Of a stretch of 54,085 bases of DNA, positions 1-12,100 are shown in pieces. Source of the stretch: Histomonas meleagridis 2922-C6/04-290x. Its lineage: Eukaryota > Protista > Parabasalia. Below the pieces are notes generated by a model. That model did no database searches. It saw only the letters and a list, made by a program, of their open reading frames with translations, and was not told where the DNA came from. The position numbers and the translations under genes are program-made. Every line of letters begins with the position of its first letter. Positions within the stretch are counted from its first letter, which is position 1. The stretch spans positions 1 through 54,085 of the forward strand of contig JAANOX010000060.1 of NCBI GenBank assembly GCA_020184695.1. The letters are read 5' to 3'.

Positions 1-184
1 TCATGCATCACACATTTAAAAAATAAATGTCATCATGAATTTAAATATATTTAATTACTTTCAATCAAAACCAACCGATTTATGAAAATCAATCGCGTTT
101 ACACCGTTCATCCTTTAGTTTATGTAGCGCGGGTGGGAGCGAGTGCGTAGCACGAAGCTCACATAGCGCTGTGTGTGTGTGTGT
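1..184 (+). repeat. ~184-bp direct repeat, copy 1, ending in a GC-rich hairpin and (TG)n tail
   Basis: Nearly identical to 2440-2623. It contains the imperfect hairpin AGCGC..GTG..GAGC..GTGC-GTA-GCAC..GCTC..CAT..GCGCT followed by a TG microsatellite. Confidence 0.9.
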
Positions 185-861
185 CTTTAGGTATTATTGA
201 TAGATTCATGCGAACAATAAGAGATATGAACACTCCATCGGAAAAGTCAAAACATCAATCACATGATGAAAAATACACATTTATTACTCCAGAAAGAATG
301 AAAAAGTTTCTGAATACTTACAACAATACTTACCATTCAGCCATCGGTTGTTCTCCAAAAGAAATGTTTGATAATAAAAAAAAAAAAAAAGAATATATAT
401 TTAAATGTTTAGAATCTTCTGAAAAACAAAAATGTATTAAGAATTTAATTCTTCCTGTTGGCTCTTTTGTACGCTATATATTACCGCGTCATAATGGCAT
501 AACTAAGAAAAGATTTCAAATCAGCCGTGAATGTTATAAAATTGATGAACGGAAAGGAAACATATACGTTTTAATTGCTCAAGACGGAACAGTAATTACT
601 AAACCAAGATACAAACTAATACCTATTGGTAAGAATAAACCAAATAATATTAAATGGGCGTCAACTATTCCTGGTAAATGGGTTGGTTCTGTTGAGTCAA
701 TTTTATCATTTAATCCCTAAAACAAATAAGTATAAAGTACTTTTTTTACCGTTCCTGGGCAACGTTCATATCAAGATGAAATTCCTGCTTCATTTCTCCG
801 CGGTAATACTCCTCATAAACAATCAGAAATTGAAAAAGAATTTTTTGCTAAACATAAATGA
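175..861 (+). pseudogene. 5'-truncated retroviral-type (rve) integrase C-terminal half with chromo-like tail, Maverick/Polinton- or Ginger-type
   Basis: IIDRFMRTIRDM resembles the catalytic-Glu helix (ERFNRTLK) and YNNTYHSAIGCSP the YNxxxHSxxxxSP motif. Removing single extra bases in homopolymers near 716 and 745 extends the frame to TGA at 859-861. The N-terminus is replaced by the TG-tailed repeat. Confidence 0.7.
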
Positions 862-881
862 TATTAATATTTATTTTTATA

Positions 882-996
882 CATGACAAACTAACTAACT
901 AACTAACTAAAAAAGAAACTAGCTAAAGGAAATTCAAAATTGTTCCGTGAGTTTCTCCATTCATGTGAAATCACTTGAAAATTGATGATTTACTCG
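882..996 (+). repeat. Left arm of a ~115-bp inverted repeat containing (CTAA)n
   Basis: 882-935 is the reverse complement of 2388-2444 apart from TTAG copy number. Weaker similarity continues (TGAGTTTCTCCATT at 948-961). Confidence 0.85.
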
Positions 997-1071
997 ACTA
1001 AACTCACAAATGAAATTAAGTTTAATTTTAAAGTAGTTTTTTTTTTTTTTAATTTGTATATAAAGAGCTAA

Positions 1072-2115
1072 ATGGCGATTGTTAATTTTACATCAGAAGA
1101 ACAAATTAATAAATACATTAACAGCAAAATCAATAAACTTGTTGTTGAACATCAGCAAGAAATCAAAAGAAATTATTATCTTCATAAAGAATATACTAAA
1201 GAAGAATATGAAAAGATGATAAATCAAATTTATTATAACATTCAACACATACCGGGTGAAATATTTAAATCTAAAAAAATGAATTTATAACATCTGATAT
1301 GCTCAAAGATCAATATATATCTAATTGCAAAAAAATGAAATTGAATTAATTGAATCAGATATGAAGAAAGCAGAAAATTTTTCAGAAATTTTTTTAATTC
1401 AAGAAAGAAAAGAAAACTAGAAAAAAATATCCTCGGTGTAATCAAAATGTAATTGATAATTTGACAGAATACATAAATCAAACCGTTAATTATTACCATC
1501 AAGATTTAATTGATGAGTATTTCGAATTGTTCGTGAATAAAATAAAAAACATTTGTTAGAATGATAAAGATTACTCTAAAATAATGGAAAGCGAATATTT
1601 AAAAATAAAAACGGTAAGCGAGCGATGCAAATTCTTGATAAATTTTCGCAAAGATTAATTAATGCTTTAACTACAATAACTCTTTCGGTCAAGAATAATA
1701 AAACTTCTGAATTTATGTTAATTGAAACAACATTTAAGAATAAATTTGATAGATTAATTGATATTATGTATCTGTTTATATCGAATTTCATCAAAAAACA
1801 AATAAATATTATTCCTGACGCTCATGCGATGTCAAATTCAAAACTTGTGAAAACTTATGCTGAAACTTTAATGTTTCGTTTGAATGAATCATTGACTGAT
1901 ACACTTCCTGAACTTTTGCTTTTGAGAATTTCTTAAAAACTATTCCGAATGAAGAAATTGAAGTTTCTGAATTGTGTTCTATGTTTAACAATTACTTCAA
2001 CACTAACGTTTCAACAAGGAGCTTTTCAATGATGAATAACACTAAAAATCACTTTGATAAAAGATCGATTTTAAGAAAAGGAAAAAGAACCACATATTAC
2101 ACAAAGAAACAGTAA
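1072..2115 (+). pseudogene. Fragmented coding region between the inverted repeats, product unknown
   Basis: Short ORF pieces (1072-1290, and an open stretch ending RKGKRTTYYTKKQ-stop at 2115) lie on one strand between the inverted repeats. No family recognised. Confidence 0.3.
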
Positions 2116-2132
2116 AATGCAAGCTTTATTTT

Positions 2133-2444
2133 TCATCAGCTCCAGTAAACATGCAATATTCACGTCAAATCACTAAAATGGAGAAACTCATTCAGCTTTT
2201 CCGAATTTCCTTTAGCTAGTTTCTTTTTTAGTTAGTTAGTTAGTTAGTTTGTCGTGTTAAAAAATAATGAAAACACAACTTTCCACATAGCATTAACAAC
2301 AACTCATCCGTTATCATCATCAGCTCCAGTAAACATGCAATATTCACGTCAAATCACTAAAATGGAGAAACTCATTCAGCTTTTCCGAATTTCCTTTAGC
2401 TAGTTTCTTTTTTAGTTAGTTAGTTAGTTAGTTAGTTTGTCATG
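2133..2444 (+). repeat. Two direct copies (~120 bp, 184-bp period) of the right inverted-repeat arm with (TTAG)n
   Basis: 2133-2253 and 2317-2441 are near identical, and both end ...TTAGTTAGTTTGTC. Confidence 0.9.
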
Positions 2445-2623
2445 CCTCACACATTTTAAATATAAATGTCATCATGAATTTAAATATATTTTATTACTTT
2501 CAATCAAAACCAACCGATTTATGATAATTCAATCGATTTTAGCCGTTCATCCTTTAGTTTATGTAGCGCGAGTGGGAGCGAGTGCGTAGCACGAAGCTCA
2601 CATAGCGCTGTGTGTGTGTGTGT
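2440..2623 (+). repeat. ~184-bp direct repeat, copy 2, with GC-rich hairpin and (TG)n tail
   Basis: Near-identical to 1-184, with different sequence after the TG tail. Confidence 0.9.
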
Positions 2624-2649
2624 AAAATTTTATCACAACTATTTAAATT

Positions 2650-3420
2650 ATAGCTTTTTGCATTCTCGTAATTAATAAATGTTTGCAAGGTATTCCATAT
2701 GATTCTTGCAACAATTATCACCATTTGCTATCATTCCAATGAGTTGTAAATCTGTATATTATGCCAATATCATTGTTAATGCATTAATACTAATTTTCTC
2801 GTTGACCTCAGGCAAAATAAGATGATCAAAAATATTTGTAATTCTCCTTTCATTTAATGATTCTAATAATTAACTTTGTCCTCGAATATATACTGCTCTT
2901 ATAAGATTTGCTAAAGTTTGAATCTTCTGTTACTCCAATTTTTCACTTTCTTATTTTATCTATTAGTAATTCCATTTCATTCCCACGTTGTTGTTATGAT
3001 TCAGGTCTTCTGGCTGAATACAATACGTTTTTTGAACAAGTCAACCAATTTTCCATCCGAATTTGAAAAGCACTGATACCATTTTTAGTATCCTCTTTTA
3101 TCGCTTGGAACTATTCATGTATAAAAGTGTTTCTTGATTTAGTGCTAACCTGTACACCGATTGGATGAGTATGAACTTCATCGCAAGAATCAAATCGGAG
3201 AATGTGATTTTGGAAATCGTATTGAAATTTAACTGAAGCAGTGCAGTTAAATATTGCTGTAAAGTACTTGCACCTAAATGTTTTAATGGAATGTGAACGC
3301 CCAGTAGATCTAAAAACATATCTATAATTGTACATATCAGATAATTCTCTTGCACAATTTGCGATGGCATTGTGACCAAGAAAAAAATGAATGGGTTAAT
3401 AGTGTAAAGCAAAGAAATTT
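2650..3420 (-). pseudogene. Decayed Mutator/MULE-like transposase fragment (FAR1/WRKY-type zinc finger)
   Basis: ORF 3111-3335 has FRCKYFTAIFNCTASVKF...EVHTHP, a C..C..HxH pattern like the N-terminal DNA-binding domain of MULE transposases. Stops and frameshifts follow. Confidence 0.4.
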
Positions 3421-3734
3421 GTAATCAAAAAGTGGCGTGGAGTTAAGCGATTATCAAAAAATTTTTTACAAAGACTTTATTGAAAATCGATGTTACCAAA
3501 ATGACATAATATCGAAATATATAGTGGACTCCAAATCGGTTATCAATTCAATTCAACAAACAAATGTAAAAGGCCATCATGTCGATGCAGATACCAGATC
3601 GCTATGATTTTCTACGAAAATTATGTATTGAACAATTTAATGGCAATATATATAAAAGCTGCATATGTAGGATGTACATATAACACTGTTAAAACAGCAT
3701 TAAATTATGTCCAACATCCTCCCCCTTTTATTAT

Positions 3735-3850
3735 TTAATAATAAATATTTAAAACATATAATCGAACCAAAAAATGCACAACAATCAATTAATGAAACAT
3801 TTTCAGTATTAACAAATGAACCTCTTTCATAAAGTGATGGTTTAATTTTT
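3735..3850 (-). pseudogene. DUF3447/ankyrin-family gene fragment
   Basis: Translates KIKPSLYERGSFVNTENVSLIDCCAFFGSIICFKYLLLN, closely matching KIEPSLYERCDFVNQENVTLIDYAAFFGSVKCFKYLLIN in ORF 45459-46523. Confidence 0.75.
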
Positions 3851-4718
3851 CGATTAAGTTTGCTCCAGTAAATTGAATAAAAAAACGATCAAATCCATGA
3901 TTCGTAAACGGTTGCCGCCGAAAAATATTGTTTTGTTAATAAATCAACACACATTTATAATTTTAATCTGTAAACCAAAAAAATATTTATAATTATTAAT
4001 ATTCTTTGTTAAATACTAAATTATTTTAATTTTAATTTTTAATGATAGATAATCAATTTCACTTTAAATTAAAAAGTTGAAAAATCTCTCTATTACATTT
4101 TTTAGAATTATATGGTATATTTAAATTTTTTATTAATTTTGATTTATATTCAGTTAATATTGAGTTCAATTCATTTTAATATCAAAAAATCATGAAAATT
4201 GATTTTGAAATATAATAAACAACTTAATAATTCCAATTGATGTTGCTATATTATTTTAGTAAATTATTATGTAATTTGAAGATAAAAATGTTTATAACAA
4301 GAAAATACGATCAAAAAGCATAGAAAAGACCTAAAAAGTTGGAACATGAAAACCCTGTTTTCAAATATATTTTTATGATTATTATTTATATTTAAATATA
4401 ATTCTCTTGCATTAAATAAATAGCATTAGTATACATATTTTAAATTTAAAAAATAATATGATAATATTATGAAGTTATCTTGTAATTTACAATTGAAAAT
4501 TTTTTTCAAAATTTCTCCAATATCTCTCTATTACTTTATTTTAAATATTTTTTACAATATTTTGATGTTATTTATTTAATTTTATCTCTTATATCCATTC
4601 CTCTTTATTCATTTTAAGTTTCATTTTTTTATAATTGGTCATGTTCCATCAAATACTGAAGTTCAGTTAAAATCATAGCTAAATCAGTCTTTGAAGCAAT
4701 AATTAAGATTATAAGACA

Positions 4719-6079
4719 ATGTTACTCAAGTTTCCTCTCCAATCTGGGTCGAATGCATATAATCAAACTTCCATCATTGCTGGAACCGCGAAAATAAATT
4801 TTGAACTTAAAATTAAACAAAATGTTCCCATTCAATATGTTCAATTTAATGGGCAAAACTATGAATATCATAAGACAGATGATTTTATTGGAGTTTAAAA
4901 GTTTACGCCTCTTATGGAATATATCAATTATTAGATCAAAATTCAAAGACAAATCGATGTTTTACTTTTGGCATTGGAAGTGATACTGATATGGGAAGCA
5001 TTGAAATGATAGCATCAATTACAAATGGAAGGGCTACATTTATTAGTGATTCCGATGATTTATCAATGAAAATTATTCCAATAACCGGATATATTAATAA
5101 CATAAATATTCTTTTAGAAAACCATAATAATTTCGAAATATCACCATATCAAATTCCTAAATCAATTCCTAAGAATTTACTAACATTTTATATTAATGTG
5201 CCAACTAATGATAATTAAATTTTATTGAATTGTGATTATTGTGATCAAAATATTGATTTCCCAATCGAAGTTAATTCTGATATTTGGAATACTAAAGGTA
5301 TACTTGCATTATTTGCGTATCAAAAGATTCAGAAATTAGAACTTCATGTTGAAAAAGAAAAATGTGTTAAGTTATCGCTTGAAAGTAATGTCATATCTAA
5401 GTATACATCTTATGTCCGAGTATTTAATAAAGATGATGGTATAAAAGAAGAAGAAGTGATTGAAATGGCAGGCGTGCTTGATGATTTATTTGAAATAGTA
5501 CCTGATAATATGCAGCTTTCACTTGCTCAAAGTGAAAATATAGGAAAAGTGATTGGCTATTTTTGTGATTCAGATGATGATGAAATAGAAGTACGTTCAC
5601 TTAAACCTTCTAATGTTCAAAATATAGAAATAGAAAAATGTAAATTACTTGATACTTTAGATACTGATGACTTTAGTGATATATATGATGATGATGCACT
5701 TGTAATTGAACCATTTCAGCCTTCCTCTGATCAAAATGAACCAGCACCCATGAAAGTTTTTACTACAGATGAACATCGAAAAACTTCTCTTTTCATTGAT
5801 TATATTCAAATAGTTTCATTGCGACAGTTAAATGGTTGTTGGACAAAAAATGATAAACTTTTGGATGTAATTGGCGTCGAAAGTTAACCAGAAATGAATG
5901 AAATTAATAAGAAAGATTGTGATGAGTATGATAACATAATTGCAACTCTTTTGGCATTGGCTGTTTTAAGAAAGAAAGCTATGGATAAAAGAACGGCATG
6001 GGTACTCGCATTGAATTGGTTATCACAAATTTCATCAGCATTAGATTGGAATGAAATTATCGACAAAATTATGATTTAA
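4719..6079 (+). pseudogene. Fragmented von Willebrand factor A (VIT-vWA/VWA5A-like) gene
   Basis: Adding one T near 4960 gives RCFTFGIGSDTDMGSIEMIASITNGRATF, typical of the vWA C-terminal strand. The C-terminal pieces (ALFAYQKIQKLE..LSLESNVISKYTS; IVSLRQLNGCW; WIATxLA-like ATLLALAVL) fit this family. Split over four ORFs. Confidence 0.65.
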
Positions 6080-6382
6080 TTGATAATTTTATTTATTACA
6101 AATAAAGACAAAATATGTGAAATACGAAAATATTTTTAATTTTAAAATTAAATGAATTTGGTGCTTTGAAATTATATTATAAGTGTTTTCGGAGATTTTT
6201 TTATATCATGTTAAACTTATAACTTTGCACAACAAATAAGATTTTGTTATTTAAACCATTATGAAATTAAATGTCTTCATGGTTTATTTTTTGAACTTTT
6301 GAATATGAAAAGATTTTGACTTTTTCAAAAACACGAAAGCGCTTGAAATTTATTTCATGGTTTTTTCTTAACATTTTATCCA

Positions 6383-7111
6383 ATGATGTTTCACATTGGA
6401 TATAAATCACCATTCGATATACCTGAATTAAAAAATCGTACTATAAAATATTATATTAAGGGTGCAGTAGAAAGTGATCAATTTTATGTTCATCCTTCTA
6501 TTATAACTCAAATTAATGAAATGGGTAAAACAAAAAAAGATTGTGCAATTATTGTTACAAACCTTATTAGACTTATTGACAAATTTGGTTCTCATCCAAT
6601 CCCTGTTTATAGATCTCTTTTAATTTTATTGATATTACTAAGAAAAGGCAATAAATTATTTACATTAGTTTCACGTATATTTATTCAAGAAATTTATACA
6701 GTATTAATTCTTACTTTTGGAACAGAAAAAGTTACTTTTCGTGATCAGATTCATTTTATGACCTATAAAATCTATAATTTTCTCATGTTCAAGACAGATC
6801 TTCCATCACCAGACGATATTGAAATTTCCACAAAACCAAATTTTATTCCAAAATTTCAATTTAATAAAGACGCTAATGAAAAAACCAAATTCTATGAAAA
6901 TCATTTGATTAATAATATAAATCAAATTACAACAAAAAGTGAATCGGATTTCATAATATCACAAAATGATGAAACAAGTCGATCAAAAGAATTTTCTAGT
7001 TCATTTAATGAACAAGAAGAAATAACAGAAAATACATACGAGCTCAAATTGGATACAGAATTAGTTATGATAAAAACAACGCAATATGACTATTTAATTG
7101 ATACATTTTGA
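6383..7111 (+). CDS. ENTH/VHS-like domain protein
   Basis: Intact 242-aa ORF. IKGAVESDQF...VYRSLLILLILLRKG resembles the ENTH pattern VREATNNDPW...VYKALTLLEYLIKNG, followed by a low-complexity tail. Confidence 0.5.
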   Translation: MMFHIGYKSPFDIPELKNRTIKYYIKGAVESDQFYVHPSIITQINEMGKTKKDCAIIVTNLIRLIDKFGSHPIPVYRSLLILLILLRKGNKLFTLVSRIFIQEIYTVLILTFGTEKVTFRDQIHFMTYKIYNFLMFKTDLPSPDDIEISTKPNFIPKFQFNKDANEKTKFYENHLINNINQITTKSESDFIISQNDETSRSKEFSSSFNEQEEITENTYELKLDTELVMIKTTQYDYLIDTF

Positions 7112-7203
7112 TAGTATTATATATGTAAAAATAAATAGTAAATCGTATTATATATATAGTTTATATATGATATATAAAAATATTTTATGTTTTCTCTATA
7201 GAA

Positions 7204-8811
7204 TTAATTCGCTTGTGATTCGTCATTTTCATTGTCGCTTACATTTGGATGCGGTTCATTTTCTTTAATTTTTTGCGTTTCATCGTTTTTAGTTTCTTCT
7301 TGAATTTCATCTGAACAATTGTTTGAATGTTCATTGTCATTAGTTTCAATTGCATTTTGTTGCTCTGTTTGGTTATTTATTTCTATGTTATCATTTGTTT
7401 CAACATTGTTTTGTTTCTGTTCATTATCACTCTCTACTGTCGTTTCTTGTTGTTCCGTGCTATTAGTTGTCTCAACTTGTTGTGGGGCATCTTCGTTTTG
7501 TTGCTCTGTGTTATTTTCTTCAACTGTACTTTGTTGCTGATTATTATCATTTGTTTCATTTATGTTTTGTTGTTCTGTGTTATTATTTTCTTCAGAAGTA
7601 TTTTGCTGATTATTATCATTTGTTTCATTTATGTTTTGTTGTTCTGTGTTATTATTTTCTTCAGAAGTATTTTGCTGATTATTATCATTTGTTTCATTTA
7701 TGTTTTGGTGCTCTGTGTTATTATTTGCTTCAACTTGATTTCGTTGTTGTGTATTTTCAGTAGCATTTTGTTGCTGCACGTTGTTGTTCTTATAAATTCT
7801 TTCATAAAACAACAAATATGGTACGGGGTGCCCCTTTTTTTCAGCTGAAGCTTCGCCAAAGAAATTCATCATTTCGTAAAGAGTTGTAACATATAACTTT
7901 AAGTCATTTGCTAGAATCCACAAGTCAGCCTCGTAGATGTGGTTAATTGCCAAGTAATGACCTTTTTGGATATGAGATCCGACATGAATGACAATACTTC
8001 TTAACTCATATAAACATTGTTCTTCAAGTGCTATCGTTAGGGGTATTTTGACGTAATTTAGTGCTTTTGCAAAAGAATGTGTATTTCTGTTATATACAAT
8101 CCGTTGAAGATGAACAACAAAATTGTCGGGAATAGCCTTGAATTTTGATGTTATTGTCGCATCTCTGTCTTGTTTACATTGATCACAATTCCATTTATCT
8201 TTTCCGTTAAGAATTTCGGTTTTGAATGATTCACTGATTAACTCATCAAGAGGCTTACCACTTTCTACACTAACACAAAATGTAACAGACGTGTCATTTA
8301 TATGTTGTTGATAGTTACATTCTGAACATTGAAATGTTTGTATTTTTTGTATCTCAAATAATTTAGAGAAATTAGGTATTGGCTCTCTATCAGGATGAGC
8401 TTTATTGATTTTATCTATGGCTGAATCAAATGAGTCTACGATATAAATGAAAAATTCTTGAGCATCATGTTGACTTCCTCTTCTAAAACGATGAGACTCT
8501 GCTCTTACACTTTGTAAGAGATCTTGAAGTGATATTACAAAATCTTGATTTTCTTGGTCTAATGTCTTTAAATATATTTTGTTAAATTGAAACAAAGGCG
8601 TTTTACCTATAATTTTTGATTCTTCACTAAAAACTGAAGTGTATTTACCAAAAAAATCATTAACATATTTTGAAGAAATAAGAGTTTGAATAATAGAATT
8701 ACAATAACAAGTATTTCCAACATTATAAAAATGAAAAAACTTCTTATCTTTTGGTGCCCATTCTGGTAATGAAGCTAGAAATTGCTTAGAATTCGAAAAT
8801 CCTTGTCCCAT
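7204..8811 (-). CDS. Ubiquitin-specific protease (peptidase C19) with N/Q/E-rich repeat tail
   Basis: Cys box YNVGNTCYCNS, QHDAQEF, His box HVGSHIQKGHY and ND motif. MGQGFS N-terminus. Confidence 0.93.
   Translation of the reverse strand: MGQGFSNSKQFLASLPEWAPKDKKFFHFYNVGNTCYCNSIIQTLISSKYVNDFFGKYTSVFSEESKIIGKTPLFQFNKIYLKTLDQENQDFVISLQDLLQSVRAESHRFRRGSQHDAQEFFIYIVDSFDSAIDKINKAHPDREPIPNFSKLFEIQKIQTFQCSECNYQQHINDTSVTFCVSVESGKPLDELISESFKTEILNGKDKWNCDQCKQDRDATITSKFKAIPDNFVVHLQRIVYNRNTHSFAKALNYVKIPLTIALEEQCLYELRSIVIHVGSHIQKGHYLAINHIYEADLWILANDLKLYVTTLYEMMNFFGEASAEKKGHPVPYLLFYERIYKNNNVQQQNATENTQQRNQVEANNNTEHQNINETNDNNQQNTSEENNNTEQQNINETNDNNQQNTSEENNNTEQQNINETNDNNQQQSTVEENNTEQQNEDAPQQVETTNSTEQQETTVESDNEQKQNNVETNDNIEINNQTEQQNAIETNDNEHSNNCSDEIQEETKNDETQKIKENEPHPNVSDNENDESQAN
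7535..7731 (-). repeat. 69-bp coding tandem repeat x~3 (NNNTEQQNINETNDNNQQNTSEE)
   Basis: TGCTGATTATT recurs at 7535, 7604 and 7673. Confidence 0.95.
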
Positions 8812-9106
8812 TTAAGTCTCAGTAATTTGGTAAAAATCCCGCCTAATCAAAAAGTTGTGTTTTTTTTAGGCTACCCCAAAATGACAAACCAAATTTTTTG
8901 GAAACCCCGCTCAAACCTCAAACTTGATCGCTTTTTGAAATATACGATTAAAACCAATTGAATAGCCAGCGATTTCTTTGATCTATCGGTTTTTATATTC
9001 AAACACAAATTTGAGCTTTAAACCCAAGCAGATTATTGAATAGGAGGACGTTTATTAACTTTTTGAATTTTGTCGAAGACTCGTTCAAAAGCTCAACTGG
9101 TAAAAG

Positions 9107-12100
9107 ATGGATTCAAGTGATCCCGACACCACTGAATATTCGACTCAAGGTGAAGAAGAAAAGAAAGAAGAACCCCCAGTTGTAGAAGAAGAAGAGGAAA
9201 AAGAGGAATTAGAAGAACAACCAATTAAAAAAAAGAAATTAGATTGCATGCCTTATTTCTTGATTGTTCTTATTGATATTGTAATTCCACTTATGCTTGT
9301 ACTCTCTGCTATTTCTTGTATGTCTATTATGGGTATGGTTTTTGTTATTTTATTATATTTACATGTCGTAATTGCCAATCTTACAACCAAAAGTTATGGT
9401 GCTCTAAAGAGCTGTCTTTCAATTGATTTCGTTGTCAACCTAATAGTCTTTGTTTTTGCAATTTTAAATTATCAAATTGATTTTCATGACAATGAAGTTG
9501 TATCATATTTAGGCCTTAACTTTGATAACATTATTACGAACAAGCCCACTTTTACATTAGTCACCTCATTAATTGCCTTAATATGTCAAGTTGTATCTTT
9601 AATAGTTATTGGCAAAACTCCTCTTAATCGTTTTGTTGAGATCCGTCAAAATTATTTTGCTTCAGCCACATTTCAATTTTCATTACAAGTGTTATGGGCG
9701 ATTTGTAATGCCTTTAATGCAGCCTCTAATTCCAGTTATTTATATTTACCAATTCTTTTATATTTTTTAGTATCAAATATTTGTCAATCAGTTAATGGTA
9801 AAGTTGGTTTTTCATCATTTCTCTTATATTTAATTTTATTTTATTCATTATTATTTGCATTATTCGAATTATTTATAGTATCTGAAATTGGCGAACGACT
9901 TGATAATCAATATAATATTTCTGGTGCAATTGCATATGTATATATTGCACCAGATTCAACAAAAGCTATTAATGTTGTAGCGGCAGTTTTATTTGCTTAT
10001 ATATCAATTCAACAAATATCTGCTCCAGGCTTAAAAGTTGGTGAACAAAAGCCTATACCAAAAGCAATTAAACAACTTAATGATGTTCTTGTAATAGCAG
10101 CCTTTGCATTAGTTATGTTATATGCCATCTTTTATCCAAGTTATATGTCTGTTATCTGGATGTTAATACCATTTATGGCCACGTTTGCTACCATTGATAA
10201 ACTTCGAAGGTTTTTCTTACCATTATTAACAATTATATTTACTATTTCATTTGTTATAATCTTTGTTACATCTGTTGAATTATTTGGTGTACCTACAATT
10301 AATGGACGAGATAATAATGTTAAATTTATGCAATTATTTGGGTTATATCGTTATCCAAGAGATTTCACATTTTGTTGTTGTGGGTTTTATTTGATTTGTA
10401 TTTTAGGTATTTGTGGATCAATTACTAATGCTGATGAAAAATTAATCGAGAAGAATAATGAAGATGAAGAAAATAAAGAAGAAGTAATTGATCCTAAACT
10501 TGAAAGAGAACGTAAATTACAAGAAGCACGTGAAAAAATGAAACGAAGGAAATTAAATAATAATAATAGTGATTCAATGTTTGAAGAAGAAGAAGAGAAG
10601 AATGAAGAAGAAGAACAAAATGAAGAAAAAGAAAAGAAATCGAAATTTAACTTTAAAGAATTTAAAGAAAAAGCTAAGAAAGTCATTAAGAAGATTGGAT
10701 ATGTATTACATGTATTTATAGCGTCAGTAGCAATTTGTGCAATGATAGTTGTAGGTATAGTTACAGGTTTTTATAAAGATCGATTTGCTTATCATGTATT
10801 AGCAGCAATCTTTATAATTATAGTATTATTAGGATTATATAAGAAATGTATATTTCATTTTGTTAAAGTTATAGTGGCATTAATGATGATGTTTGCTACG
10901 TTTTATAAGACTACATTTAATGAAGAATGTTTTAATAATTTAGATGAATGTTTATTTTATGGTAAATGGAGTGATTCTATTTCATATGATCAAATGATTA
11001 AGACTGGTTTAATAGCACCTATTAATATGGACTTAATTACATTTGTTTGGCCTTTAATAGTTATATTAATTTTATCAACATATTTATCAAAAGATAAAGC
11101 TTCAATTGATATGAGTTCTAAATTACCAATTCCAGTTAAACGTTGTTTATATTTCATTGTAGCAGTATTACATTTTCTTTATATGTTTTTATTTGATACT
11201 AATATATTCTCAATTATATTTATGTTAGTAGCTTTATCAATGATTACATCACAATATTTAAAGAAAACTAAATTATTATCATTAAGTTTATGTTTCTCTT
11301 GTATAGCAGTATCAATTCAATTATGTTTAATGTTATTAACACATTTTGATGGACCTCGTAACTTTTTAGGGTCAGTAATAATATCATCAATCTTAAAAAT
11401 GGATATATATGAACCAAGTTTAGAAATTGGTATATTATCTGTAATTTTATTCTTGTCTACAATATCATTTTATACTGAAAATCCTGATCAAAAATCAAAA
11501 GAACATTTTATATTAGATAATATTATATATGAATTACGAGTAATTTTTGATTTATTTTATTTCTATTTTTGTTGGATATTTATCTTTTTGTTTAGTATAG
11601 TTAATGATAATCCTTCATTCATTAAATTTTTTATTATGTTATTCTTTGCTTTAGGTAGAGTATCAGCACCAATTTTTTATAAAATTAGAATTCCATTTTT
11701 AATCTTTAATATAGCTTATGCAGTAATACAATATATATTTCATATCTTTGGTTTAGATGATGAATCTGATCGGAATTATGGGATTTATAGTTATATTGGT
11801 TTATTCTTTTGTTCTCCAGGTAAACCTACAAAAGCACAACGTAATATGTCATTAATGTATCAAATCATTGTTATGTTAATTGGTATTATTAATATTAAAC
11901 CTTATAAACGGAAAGTTACAAATGTTAAATTTGAATCATATTTAATAGTACGAATTTATAATGCAATTTGTTCAATGTTACATCATTGGTTACCTTTAAT
12001 AGTACAAGTATCATTATGTACATCAACAATATTTAATCCATCGATTTTTGGTTGGTTATCTTATATAGTTATGATTATTGTAGTATTTAAACCTACGATA

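Noticed and set aside
2229-2436. (TTAG)n runs as telomeres
   Set aside because: They are only 5-6 units long, internal and embedded in an inverted repeat with a (CTAA)n mirror at 890-910.
7319-7848. Cys/hydrophobic ORFs on the plus strand (7319-7540, 7327-7848, 7467-7763)
   Set aside because: They are antisense readings of the USP N/Q/E repeat tail.
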